A stretch of 64,000 bases of DNA, from assembly GCF_037042905.1 (NCBI RefSeq), contig NC_087251.1:29824001-29888000 (forward strand). The letters are read 5' to 3'. A model generated the notes under the pieces. That model saw only the letters and a list, made by a program, of their open reading frames with translations. It did not search any database and was not told where the DNA came from. Positions 24,370 through 36,757 of the stretch are shown piece by piece (positions within the stretch are counted from its first letter, which is position 1; each line of letters begins with the position of its first letter). A program made the translations under genes and the position numbers. Source of the DNA: Lytechinus pictus (Eukaryota).

Positions 24370-24759
24370 GGACCTTATGACACATAAAAGAACCTATTAG
24401 GACAAAGAGATTGAAGTTGTGGATTAATATTGCTACTTTCAGCTAGTATTGGGGCCAGGGGTTGCTGAACGGGGGGGGGGGGGGACTTTCGGCCTAGCCC
24501 CCACTTCCGTTCTCATAAAATTCTTACTTTGAATGACTACACCAAGCTTAATTATTTGAGAAGGATGCAATATCGAAGAAAAACACGATGAGAGCGAGAG
24601 CGTTAACAAATAAAAGATGGGAATTAAAACATGTGAAAAAATTAATGAATCTGATATAATTGCAATTAACTCATAAAGTTTTCTGCATTCCTCTCTTTTC
24701 CCCTATCTCCTTTTTTTGTTCTACTTTATGTCTTGGGGGAACCTAGAATCTTTCCAGGT

Positions 24760-26505
24760 AATTCAATGTACACAATATCTGAATGTAAAGATTTTGAATA
24801 CTAAACCTTTGACTTATATAATTATTCAATATATCATTATCAACTGGTACATTTCCAAGCAAACTTAAAATAGCATGGATTATCCCTGTTTTTTATATAA
24901 AGATGATTGTCATTTATTTCAGAATTATCGACCTATATCTTTGTTGTCCTGTATATCAAAATTATTAGAAAAATGTGTTTGTAATCGAGTCTATGATTTT
25001 CTTACAAAACATAAAATACTCTCAGATTGTCAATTTGAATTCAGACATAATTACTCAACCACACATGTTTTAGTTAATTTGCAGGGCAATGTGACAATGG
25101 CAATTAAAAATAATAAATTTTGTATTGGAATTTTTTATGGATTCATCAAAAGCATTCGATAAAGTAGACCATTCGATACTTTTTTTCAAAATTACATCAT
25201 TACGGGATACGTGGTACTCCTTTTAACTTTTCTTTAAAATCAAAGCTCCATAGAAAATGATTTGCAATATAATCTGTTTAACATGTCTTCTTCTGATTTC
25301 AGCAATATTTCACGTGGAGTGCCACAGTGATCCATTCTCGATCCGTTACTATTTTTAATTTACATCAATGATTTGACCAAATCTTCCCATGTTTTCAATA
25401 TATTATTTATGCCGATGATACAACTCTCATTTATTACCAGTCTGCTTTGGAAAATGTTGAATACCAAATTAATAAAGGACTACTAATAGTAGTGTGGAAT
25501 ATACTTTTATTCAATCTTAGTAAAACAATGTTTTGTTTATTTCATAATAAGAATTACAGGTCAATCATCCTTGATGAAATTCAAAATCGAATGTTATTAC
25601 TTTTCCTGAAGCATTATCGGACTGTAATTGCAATATAATCTGTTTAACATGTCTTCTTCTGATTTCAGCAATATTTCACGTGGAGTGCCACAGTGATCCA
25701 TTGATGCGCATATAGATTTTATAACAAAGAAAATATCCAATCGACTGGTATTATACATGTATAAATTAAATCTTAATGTGCCCTTCCCTACACTGTTAAA
25801 AATACCCTGATTTTTACAGGAAAAAAAGAAAATTTTGCAGAAAGCAATAACAGAATCATTCTGTAAATTCATAAAACAGGAATTTTTCTGCAATTTAACA
25901 GAACAGGTCTGTTTAAAAAGGATAAAAGGGTGTTTTTTAAAGGAAATTTGTAAGATTCCATACACCAAGTACCAATTTCCTGTAAGATTACATGTGTTCT
26001 CGAGACTCTGCTGCAGGAACTTCTTTTATTTTAAGGATGATTTTTTTTCTAACAGTGTATACAACACTCTCATATCGCCATATTTGACTTACTGCATAGG
26101 TGTCTTGGGAAATTAATCTCAAGTTAAACTTGAAAATTTGTTTAAGTTGCAAGAGAAGGCTTTACGTATATGTACAGGTAGTGAATATTATGCCCTTCCT
26201 GCTCCTCAGTTTTTTTTCGTTTAAAAACTGTAAATATCTTTTATTTATTCAATTATCATATCACATTGCTTGGTTTTCAATATTTTCAAGAATTATTACA
26301 AAATATATTACCCATATTCTCAACAATCAAATTCATTCCCATGAAACGAAACTCCGTAACTTGAAAGTAAAAATAACGCTGTCAAAAAAAATTGTTAGAA
26401 ATACCCTAACAATAATTTAGAAACTATGCGTTTAATAAATCCAATTCCAGTAAAAAATTTAAAAAAAAACGGCTAAAACTTAATTTGTATTCAAAGTATC
26501 AATGA
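24760..26505 (+). pseudogene. degraded CR1/L2-group LINE in the putative GPCR 5'UTR intron
   Basis: NYRPISLLSCISKLLEK, KAFDKVDH, GVPQ.SIL, YADDT and YNTLISPYLTYC remnants with many frameshifts. A ~75-bp internal duplication (25262-25335 repeated at 25628-25702). Confidence 0.85.
25791..26057. mobile_element. CACTG-ended MITE with TA duplication
   Basis: ta|cactgttaaaaa ... tttctaacagtg|ta, inserted in the LINE remnant. Confidence 0.65.
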
Positions 26506-27329
26506 TAATTCACCAACCCGTTTTCTTCTTTATATCTTGTTCATCCTTTCTTTTGTTTCTTTCTTCCTTTTTAATCCCTTTAACTTTCTGATGTATAACC
26601 TTTGTTCTAAACTATCAATATGAATTAAATATTTTCGTGAGAACTTTATAATGGGCAAAATGTAACTAACAGATATTAATTAAGTTTAAAAACTGTTGGT
26701 ATAGTTGATTACTTGAGAATTCATTGGAAAAAAATTCACATGTTCTACTTTGATGTTTGGTGTAATGGAAATCCGTTGTGTGAGTATGGCTCGATCGGTA
26801 GGGGAGACCGGGGTTAGTTGGAACATTTTTGACAAAAATGGCTGTAAAATCCAAATAGATTTTATTCGAGAAACAATCAATATATCAGATTGAAGCATAA
26901 ATCTAAGGGCTTCAAATGTACCCCATACAATTTTTAACTCTATTATGGTTACTGAAAAAAATCCACCTTGAACGAGACCATCGCAAACGTTCCAACTTAC
27001 CCCAATACGGGGTAAGTTGGAACTTGGAACACTGCATGGTCAATTAAGAATTATACTAAAACTACTTAAAACTGTAATATTACATGGTTTTAGCCTATTT
27101 GCTTTATTTTTTTCAAAGTGTGGATTTGTTGAACTTTATGTTTTCTATTATACAGCCACTCACGCATGCAGACTGTGTAGTAGAATTCCGCATATTTCTT
27201 TGGGTGCGTTTGATTTTACATGCAATTAAGTGTACTATCAGCAATTTCATGTACTTCTGCATCAAATTTACAAGACAAAAAGTAATTGTTTATATTTTTT
27301 CATTCATAATTATGCAAATAAGCATATGA

Positions 27330-27892
27330 AATTTGCCCTAAACTTGTTTTTTTTAAATGTTTTTGCCTTTAATTCTATTTATTAAGCTAGTAGAATGCTA
27401 ATTTTTGGTGAGAGTATCAATTTTCACATTTATGACAAATATCCACCAAAAATTGTAAAAAAAAATAATTTCTTACATGTATGTATTTTTTTATTTGTAT
27501 TTCTTTGTTATTTCGAACCTTTGTTATTTCTAGTGAACTTTGTCGGGACTCTTTTGCGATCATAAATAGCATGAAATAAATCTATTTGAACCAACAAAAG
27601 TAAAAAATAATGGTACATTTATGACTTATGGTTGAAAAACACGATTTGCATTGACCTTGTACATGGAATCACATTTTTGAGCAATTTTGGGTCAGAACAT
27701 GCACGTACAAAATGTTGCGTTATTTCGAAACCACGCACACAGGCATCACAAATTTTGTCTCAAATGATGCGCAAGACTTGAAAGTAAAGTGTCAGCGAGC
27801 AGTGTAGTCAAAAAATTTCGCGACGGCGTAGTGACAAAATTTCTCGAGGGGGGGGGGCTCAAATTGACCCCCCCCCCCCAGTTTGATAAGGG
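27330..27892. mobile_element. piggyBac-like MITE, same family as 22450-23133, nested
   Basis: Ends gggggggctcaaattgacccccccc...gataaggg|taaa and shares internal sequence with the 22.5-23.1 kb element. Left boundary approximate. Confidence 0.55.
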
Positions 27893-28372
27893 TAAATATT
27901 GCATTAGGAGCCTACAATAGGCCTTAAATGCACACTCAGACCTAACTGATAAACAAAACAAGCATGGTATACAATACATGTTCAGAAGAGTGTGATATAC
28001 TTTACATATTTTTTTCTCATATCCAATGTTTTTATTCATAATTATGTTTGGGGTAAGTTGGAACATGTTCCAACTAGCCCCTTCAATTTTGTTCCAACTA
28101 ACCCCGGAGGCCCATTTGACGTTTATAAGCTTACAGCACAAACACGGGACTTCACCATGGCATATTAATAACCTCATTTTGTAGCTTGGTATAAGTGTCT
28201 ATCATACCCCCAAACTGGCCAACTTGATCTATAAACTTCTCTGAGATAATCAAACATTTCTGAAAGAGAAAAAAAATTACTCAGAAGGTCAACAAAACAA
28301 ATATTCCTTTCTAACTTCACCAGGCTTGTTGCACATGTGCTGTCTGTAATATGGTGGATGGCTGTCGATATA

Positions 28373-29361
28373 CAGTGCGTATAAAAAAAAGTTTACACTT
28401 TGAAAAAGCCCTGGGAATTAAAAAATTTACAACACGTTGGTAAATTTTTCACATATAATCTTGGGATTGGGTCTTATCTATCCAATGAAAGTAAAAGTTT
28501 TGACAGAATGTTACACTTGAGTGAGCACTGTCCATTTTTCTAAAGCTCGCAGAAATCTGTTTGCGCAGAAATGCTCGTTTTCACGCTGTATCAAGGGGAA
28601 AGGGCGAAATCAAACTTACCCTGCGAAACATTTCTCATACATTTCCCTTGCACTTTTAGTTAACTGAAATAAAACGGATACATTCAAGCATTTTGTAACA
28701 GTTTTGCCACCCAAATTAAAATTTCAACACTTAGTAAGCACAACCTTTACCCTTTTTGTGCCAGCTGGATATGAGGACATAAATGAATCTAAACAAAAGT
28801 TTATATCAGACATATCCAGCATTTTTTCACCAAGTTTTTATCATTTAAAATGGGTTTACATTTCATTTTTCATTTAATACTTGTTTCTCCAAACTTTTCC
28901 AAAGCTTGATAATGATTAACAAAATGGAAATCAAGCCTAAGCCATTTCATGTAAATCACAGCTCAGTGTAAAGCAAATATCGTCACGATGGCCTCGGTGT
29001 GATGTGGGGGAGTGGGGTGGGGCGCAATGCACTCTTCGAAGTGTTTGGGGCAAGGAAACAAGTTTAAAAAGGTAAAAGATATCTATAAATCAATTTTACT
29101 AGCTAAATTACACGTGTTCTTCATGATTAAGGTCTACTTTTATTCGCCTAACTATTTCAAAGTTCTGCGCAAATCAATTTTCACTAACTTTTCAAAATTA
29201 AGTGGTACTCACTCAAGCAGAAATATTTTTCGACATTTATATCGTCATTTGCTTAAATGGATCTGTACCAATGTTAAAATGTGGAAAAATCTTCAGGATA
29301 TTACAAATGTATAATTTCACAGGATTTTTTCTAAGTGTAAACTTTTTTTTGATACGCACTG
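28373..29361. mobile_element. Tc1/mariner-type MITE (CAGTG termini, TA TSD), nested
   Basis: ta|cagtgcgtataaaaaaaagtttacactt ... aagtgtaaacttttttttgatacgcactg|ta. Confidence 0.88.
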
Positions 29362-29534
29362 TATAATGACAATAAATTGAGGGCAGTATTGCAGAAATTT
29401 ATTTAAAGACGTTAAAGAAAATTACAATGTTTCAACTTACCCCCGCGTTCCAACTAACCCCGGTCTCCCCTACACTTGAAATAAGTAACGTTATAGGCCT
29501 AATAAATAATAATAATAAAAAAATATATACTTAC

Positions 29535-29700
29535 CCCTTGTTTACGACGTTGGCAATCAATGTGTCAGCAGTATAACTTGATGGGAGTGTGGGTATAGAT
29601 TAAATGAAATATCAGAAGAGGCGCGTGAAGAAGTTTTGCATTTCAGAATCTCTGTTCACCGATCTTCCCTACTTTTATCCACATGGGCAGGATGGGCATC
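29535..29700 (-). other. putative non-coding 5'UTR exon of the GPCR
   Basis: Strong minus-strand donor GG|GTAAGT at 29535/29534. Matching acceptor ctttgtcctaatag at 24394, 24 nt upstream of the ATG. CCAAT box near 29867. Upper boundary is a guess. Confidence 0.4.
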
Positions 29701-30639
29701 CAATGTAGTACCCACTGGGGTTAATCACTGAAAAAAAATTGGTTAAATTCTTGCATTTGATTCGCTGAGAAATACTGGTTTACTAATGAAAGAACGGTGT
29801 CTTGAAGAAATCATATCGCAGTGACTACAATGTTATCGAATTCCTGAGGATTCGTCTCATTTTTCGATTGGCTAATTTATGTACGCATGAGCAGATTTCA
29901 CCCTATTTATATTTTCACCGTATTGAATTAAATCTATATTATTTCAATAATATTTTTCATTGATTATTCACTTCAATCTATTGAGCATAGGGGATAAGAA
30001 GGGGTGATGCCAGAATATCTTTATAGGGGGAGGATGCAACAAAACACCAAATTTTCTCAGATGAGTTATTATGCTCCACCATAGATACATGTTTCATAGT
30101 AGACTATTCAGTTATTTTAGTATTGGAAATATATATTTTTAATGTTATTATTATTTGATTTATATTTGTATTCTTTCAATTTTTCCTCCTTTATCACTTG
30201 AAAACAAAAATCAAAGTTAAGAGTCTTTTCCTGCCCCAGCCCCACTTTCGCCGTCCGCTGTGAACAAAGTATTTCCTTAAGTGATCAGTGCCCCTGAATG
30301 GTTCTTGATTCTACCTTTGCGGGGAAAAAACCCTATTTTGCCAGTTTTATTTTTCTTCAGGCCTACCATTTATTTCGAGCAGAAATCCTTGCTACTATTA
30401 TGCGATCTTCCTCTTTCATTTTTATTCTCGTACATACTATTCGCTCATGAGCTTTGCGCTTCATTTTCTCCCATTTCACTTATCATGAAAAGGGAGAAAA
30501 TGATAATGATAATACATTGCACTTGTATAACGTCAAATCCACTCTGTAGAGCGCTCGAGGCGCTTTTCAAGATTATTTTAAAGGAAATTATATAGAATTG
30601 AACAGAAATGTTTTTAGATGTATGTGTGTGCTTTTTTAA

Positions 30640-31233
30640 AGATCAAGTCTACCTCAGAAAAATGTTGATTTGAATCATTAGAGAAAAATCTAACAAACAT
30701 GATGCTGAAAATGTCATCAAAATCGGATTGTAAAATAAGAAAGTTATGACATTTTTGACATTTTAAAGTTCGCCTATTTTTCACAAAATAGTTAAATGCA
30801 CAATATTTTAGTCACATGCAAATGAAAGAATCGATGTTCCTCTCTCCCTTTTTCTTTGGTTTTTATTTGTTTGAATTATACAATATTTCAAATTTTACAG
30901 ATTTTACAATAAGGACCAACTAGACTGAACCATAAAATGTTAAGCAATGGTAATTCCACATGTTCAGGGCGAAACAAAGTTTTGTTTCACACGACAATGA
31001 GGAGAAAAATAGAATATTTCATATAAAAAAATAGTGAGTGAGTGATGTCATCGTTCCCTCATTTGCATACCGACTGGGATGTGCTTATAACTATTTTGTG
31101 AAATTAAGCGAAAATTCAAAATGTCATAACTTTATTATTTTACATCCGATTTTGATGAAATTTTCAGTGTTATGCTTATTGGATTTTTCTCTTTTTATTC
31201 AAATCAACCTTTTATTGGGGGTGAACTTGCCAC
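30640..31233. mobile_element. Kolobok-type MITE (TTAA TSD)
   Basis: ttaa|agatcaagtctacctcag ... ggggtgaacttgccac|ttaa. Same family as the 36057, 49113 and 60618 copies. Confidence 0.78.
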
Positions 31234-31384
31234 TTAAGTTCCAGAAATTAAACGTTTTTCATGTTTTCAGGACGGCGGGGTGTTCCATAAGTCTTGGAGG
31301 ATGAGTGGGCATCCCCAAGGTTTTGGGAACTTCGAAAGTAACGAGAAAACTGGAAATGGGGTGTAAGGATCTTGAAGGGGTGTA

Positions 31385-34300
31385 CAATATGCAAATTACC
31401 CATGAAAATCATAAATCTGCCAGCAGATTGGCTTTAAAATGTACATATAATTGTGTTGCAGGAGTGAAATACTCTCTAAACGATTTTTGAAAAAAAAAAC
31501 TTATTTTCTTGATATTCAAAATGGCCGCCATAGACCGCTGTATTCAACATTATGTACAATATGAATGGGGAAAAATAATTTTCACAAAAGTGAGCACTAA
31601 ATGCAAGTAATATTGATTTTTTCGTGAACTAATGGATGAAAACATGATTGCTAATGAAATTTGTCATTTATTATGTCATGTATGTAATAAATTAAGCATT
31701 TTAGTATTCAAAATGGCCCTATCATGCCTATAGGCCCTAACAGTATTATCTACAATGTAAATGGGGACATGTAATTTGGTAAGAATTTGGATTTGCTTGA
31801 CTATGAAATCCCTATAATCCTTTTGTATGATTAAAGTATTATTTGAAAGCACGATTTTTTAAATGAAATATAGCATTTCTTCTGCCTTGTAAAAATACTG
31901 TATTTTGACATTCAAAATAGCCGCTACAAGCCCTTACTAAATTATGTTACATGCGTTAAGGAAAACTTATTTTCAGTGGGAATCATAAAATATGCATGTA
32001 ACTGTGATGTACGAGTAAAAATATTGTCTTAAATATGATTTATAAATAAATACATCACATGTTGGTCATGGAGGTAATACATGCTGTACTTTGAAATTCA
32101 AAATGACTGCCATATAGGCCCTAAAAGTATTATGTACATTGTAATTTGGTACATATAATTTTGACAGAATTTGGCTTTGCTTGGCTGTAAGTATTGCATA
32201 TAATTGTGTAAGAGTGAAATATTGTCTAAAACCATGGTTTCTAACGAGATATATCATATCTGGTGTAATTAAGGTGATAAATGCTGCATTCTGAAATTGA
32301 AAATGACCGCCATAGGCCCTTACTGTATTATCTACAATTTGAATGAGGACAGATAATTTTCACAAAAGGGCATATGGTGGCCATTTTGAATTTTGAAATA
32401 TAACATTTATCAGCTAAATTTCAGATGATATGATATATTTCGTTAGTAATCATGTTTTCAGACAATATTTCACTCATACTCCATAGTCAAGCAAAGCGAA
32501 AATCTGTTAAAATTATTTGTCCCCATTCACATTGTACATAATAATGTTAGGGCCTGTAGCGGCCATTTTGACTTTCAAAATACAGTATTTATCACCTACC
32601 TGACAGGAGAACTGATATATCTTGTTACAAATTATGCTTCCAGACAATATTTTACTCATAGATCAGAATTAAGTGCATTTATGGTGCTCACTCCTGTTAA
32701 AATTGATTTCCCAGGTCGCATTGTACATAATACAATCAATGTCTATGGCGGCCATTTTGAAAGTCAAAATACAGTATTAAACACAAACATTAAACCCGAA
32801 TGATGTATTTCGTTAAAAATTATGGGTTCTTTTTAGAGAGTACTAGTATCCCATTTATTTATCACAAATAAATGCATTTCGGTGCTCACTCTTGTGATTT
32901 ATTTGATCCTCTTTCTCATTGTACATTATACTTTCAGGGCCTTTGGCGGCCATTTTGAATATCAAAATACAACGTTTATCACATACATGGCATATTGAAT
33001 AATATATTTTGTGAACAATTATGTTTTTAGTCAGTATTCCACTCGTTTATCTTAATAATATGAATTTTAGTGCTCACTCTTGTGATGTGTTTGGCCCCCT
33101 TTGCTATACAGTGCGTATTAAAAAAAACGGGACAGTTTTGAAAAGTCCATAAAAATTTTGTTCTAAATTATGACATCTATATTTTGATGTTAATAGATGG
33201 TCTGAAATCTTTTCTTTGAAATGCCTTTAAAAAAAATAAATTTTGTTCATGCTTGAGCGAACACAGGACGTTTTTTGCCATAATGGCAGAAATTAGAAAT
33301 TTGATGATCAGACTTCTTGCTATTCAGCAGACTTCTTCTTAACCTTTTCATTATCTTTGCTACGATTTTTGAATTATGCTGTCAAATTTCATTTAAAAAT
33401 TCATTTATTTACTTGAATTATTTTTTTTCCATTGAAATTCTTTTACCTTTGAAATTTCCTTCATAAGCAAGATAAAAAAGACTTTTTGTCAACCCAAGCA
33501 AGAAGATTTGCATTATTGATTGGGAAAACTTGTAATTATTCAAATCCTTTTATTCTGTGAAACGAATTATCTTATGGTACCTTTAAAAACATGAATCATA
33601 TTTTCAAGGGGTTTGTTTGATTCCTTGACAAAGTTTAATTATGTGCTTGACAGGACAAACGGGAAATGATTCATGTTTTTCAATGGCAATGATGTGCTGA
33701 GTCAATTTTAAAGGAGCAAGATATGGCAGATCGGATAAAATGTATTAAAAAGTTGTGAGCGAGCAAGCAAAAATTTCCACTTTTTTATCAAAATATCAAA
33801 TTCTGTGATAGATTTTGACATAATATTCAGAAAATAAATCATATTTCACTTTCTATCTTTCCTTATATTTCCTTTCCACTGTTTGTCTCTTTTTTATTGA
33901 AGGGGGGGGGGAGCACCCCTGAGCCCCCGCCCATCTGCATGCCACTGTTCAAAGGCACCATAACATTTGTAGCACACAATGAAAGGATTTGAAAAAAAAT
34001 ACACGCTCTCCCATACTTCGGTTGAACATTTTTTGTTTTTGCTTAAAGACGGAATATTCAAAGCTAAAAGAGAACATATTCAAAAGTAACAGCAACACAA
34101 CAACTCAAGCAAATAAACAGATTTGAAAATGAATTTTGACCGCATAATTTGAAAATTATGGCAAAGATAAAGAAAATGTTAAGAGGAAGTCTGCTGATTA
34201 GCAAGAAGTCCGATCATCATATTTATCATTTTATGCCATTTTGGCGCAAGCCTCCTTTTTAACCCCAGACAAAAACATTCCGTGTTCGTTCAAGCATGAA

Positions 34301-34953
34301 CAAAGCTAAATTTCTTTAATGGAATTTGAAAGATAAGACTTCAGAGCACCTATTAACACTAAGTCATAGACATCATATTTTGAAACAAAAATTTTATAGA
34401 CTTTTCAAATCTGTCCCGTTTTTTTTTATACGCAGTGTTGTACATTTGAGCCAGTGACAGCTATTTTGAATATAAAATACAACAATTTTCCCATATATGA
34501 CATAATAAATGTTATATCTTATAGCATTGATGATTTTCATACAGTACTTCGTCCATAGATCACAATTACTTGCAGTTTAGGGATCATTTTGTGAAAATTA
34601 GTTTTCCCTATATATATTGTACATAATAGGGTACATGGCGGCCATTTTGAATATCAAGAAAATAATTTTTATTTCAAAAAACATTATTTCAGAGAGTATT
34701 TCACTCCTGCAACACAATTACATACATAATATAGCCAATCTGCTGGCAATCTTATGATTTCCATGGGAAATTTGCATATTTTGGCGGCCATATTGGATTT
34801 TGCCAATTTGCGGAAAATGCTCAAGGTTACACGAGTGGCATCATTCAGATTCGTAATCAGTACCCTTGAATTGACAAGAAACCATAAAAAAATATTGTAT
34901 ATATGAAAAAAAACAAGGTTTGGTCAATTGTCTATGGGGCCTATCCTGGACTA
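31385..34953. mobile_element. foldback element built from ~190-bp AAAATGGCCGCC units; right end ...ctggacta (Academ-like)
   Basis: 31386-31530 is the reverse complement of ~34635-34780. About five forward units, then about six inverted units, with the centre near 32370. Confidence 0.8.
33109..34437. mobile_element. Tc1/mariner-type long-TIR MITE nested in the foldback element
   Basis: ta|cagtgcgtattaaaaaaaacgggacag ... ctgtcccgtttttttttatacgcagtg. The arms stay inverted-homologous for several hundred bp. Confidence 0.82.
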
Positions 34954-35703
34954 TAAACTACCAAAAAATTCCTTTTTTATAATTGAAACAAGAAAAGTTA
35001 CCCTTTGTCTTCTTGCCTCGCAATCAAAATACACTGAAACTGCCATCATCATCGTCGTCATCATCATCATCATTTGAAAATTACTGATATTCATGTAAAG
35101 CAAATTTCGGTTTAATGTATCATGTGTCTGGCTTAAATAAAAAATATAAGAGTTACCTTTATCCTTTAATATGTGATGATTTTACTTTGAATAGAGACAT
35201 TAAGAGCTAACCAACAATAGACATTCTTTTCAGTTTTCCGAGAAGCGCTCCCGCCCTTGATTTAATTAGATACTCAGGACCCTAACATTTGGAATTCACT
35301 ACCTTTATACGAGTTTCTAACAATATTCTATCTCTGAAAAAAAAGAATATGAAGTATTTTATTCTCTCAAAATACTTTTAATGTTATTTAATCAAAATCC
35401 TCTTAATATTTTAGTACATGCATGAGGTCTATAATTTTATTTAAGATGCAAACGATGCTTACATTTCTTTCTTAATATGCAATAGGGCAAAGTTTTATTA
35501 TTATTTTTTTGTTAGTGCTTGTTCTGTTACTATGAACGCTTTATTTCAAGCTGCGTTTTACTTCAATGAACTATCTTCTATGTTATTTAAGGGACTAAAT
35601 GCTTTAGAAATATATTTTATTTATGTTTAGCTGTTATTACGTATTGTTACGTATTATTATCTGCATATGTGACACCATTTTTGTCAAAGTGAATATTGTT
35701 TTA

Positions 35704-35908
35704 GGTGATGAAAATAACAAACAATTACCGCCATGACCCTTTCTCACCACTGTTCCATCATTATACCATATAATTACTTTACCACCTTTATCGTCATCGT
35801 CACTAACATCAGATACTTTAGATAATTCTCCCCGAAACGACATCACTTTTATCTCTACAATCGCGCCATTTTTAATCATGATATCCAATCAACTATACAT
35901 GTACTTTG
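35704..35908 (+). repeat. paralogous copy of the sequence flanking the 129-3045 LINE (pre-insertion state)
   Basis: Matches 1-128 joined directly to 3046-3142. Confidence 0.9.
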
Positions 35909-36056
35909 CCCCTTCTCTCCCTCCCCCCCCCCTCTCTCTCTCTCTGCCACCCTCTCTGATTCTCTCTCCCTCCCCTCCTCCTCTCCCTATGTTATCTCTT
36001 TTCTCTTGTTCCGCAATGAATGAGCCAATACTGAAAGACATTTCTTACCATATTAA

Positions 36057-36538
36057 AGGTCAAGTCCACCCCAAATTTTTATGACATTTTAAAGTTTGGC
36101 TTATTTTTCACGAAACAGTTATATGCACAACTCAGTGATACGCGAATGAGAGAGTCGATGATGTCCATCACTCACTATTTCTTTTGTTTAATATTGTTTG
36201 AATTATACAAAATTTGAATTTTTACAGTTCTGACAGTAATGATCAACTTGAATAAATCACCAAATGTCAAAACAATCTTTGTTTCACATGACAATGAGGA
36301 AAAAATTAAGATATTCCATAAATCATACAAAGAAATACAAAAGAAAATAGTGAGTGATGTTATCAGTCCACTCATTTGCATAACGATCAGGATAACTGTT
36401 TTGTGAAATTAAGCGAATCTTTAATGTCATAACTTTCTTATTTTACATCCGATTTTGATAAAAAAAAAATCAGTGTTATGCTTGTCGGATTTTTCTCCTT
36501 TTATTCAAATCAACTTTTTGTGGGGGTGGACTTGTCCT
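36057..36538. mobile_element. Kolobok-type MITE (TTAA TSD)
   Basis: ttaa|aggtcaagtccacccc ... ggggtggacttgtcct|ttaa. Confidence 0.85.
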
Positions 36539-36757
36539 TTAAAGAGTGACACTAATGGTTTTTCCCCTGATCTATGTTGAATTAAAGTAAAAGTCATTCT
36601 CTTTGTAGTCCTCACTGATGATGCTTTCTCAATTTCAAAGATATTTTTTTTTACAGTTTTCATTATGTCTCTTTTTTAATTCTTCAAATGTTCACGTAAC
36701 AGAGTTCATTCACTTCTCTTGAAATAGATTTGGGGTCCGTGGGGGACGACCCTAAGT

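Larger units (their letters stand above)
26801..29470. mobile_element. non-autonomous TIR element (TA TSD; Tc1/mariner/pogo-like) carrying two nested MITEs
   Basis: Perfect TIR ggggagaccggggttagttggaac / gttccaactaaccccggtctcccc flanked by TA. Internal reiterations of gggtaagttggaac. Confidence 0.85.
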
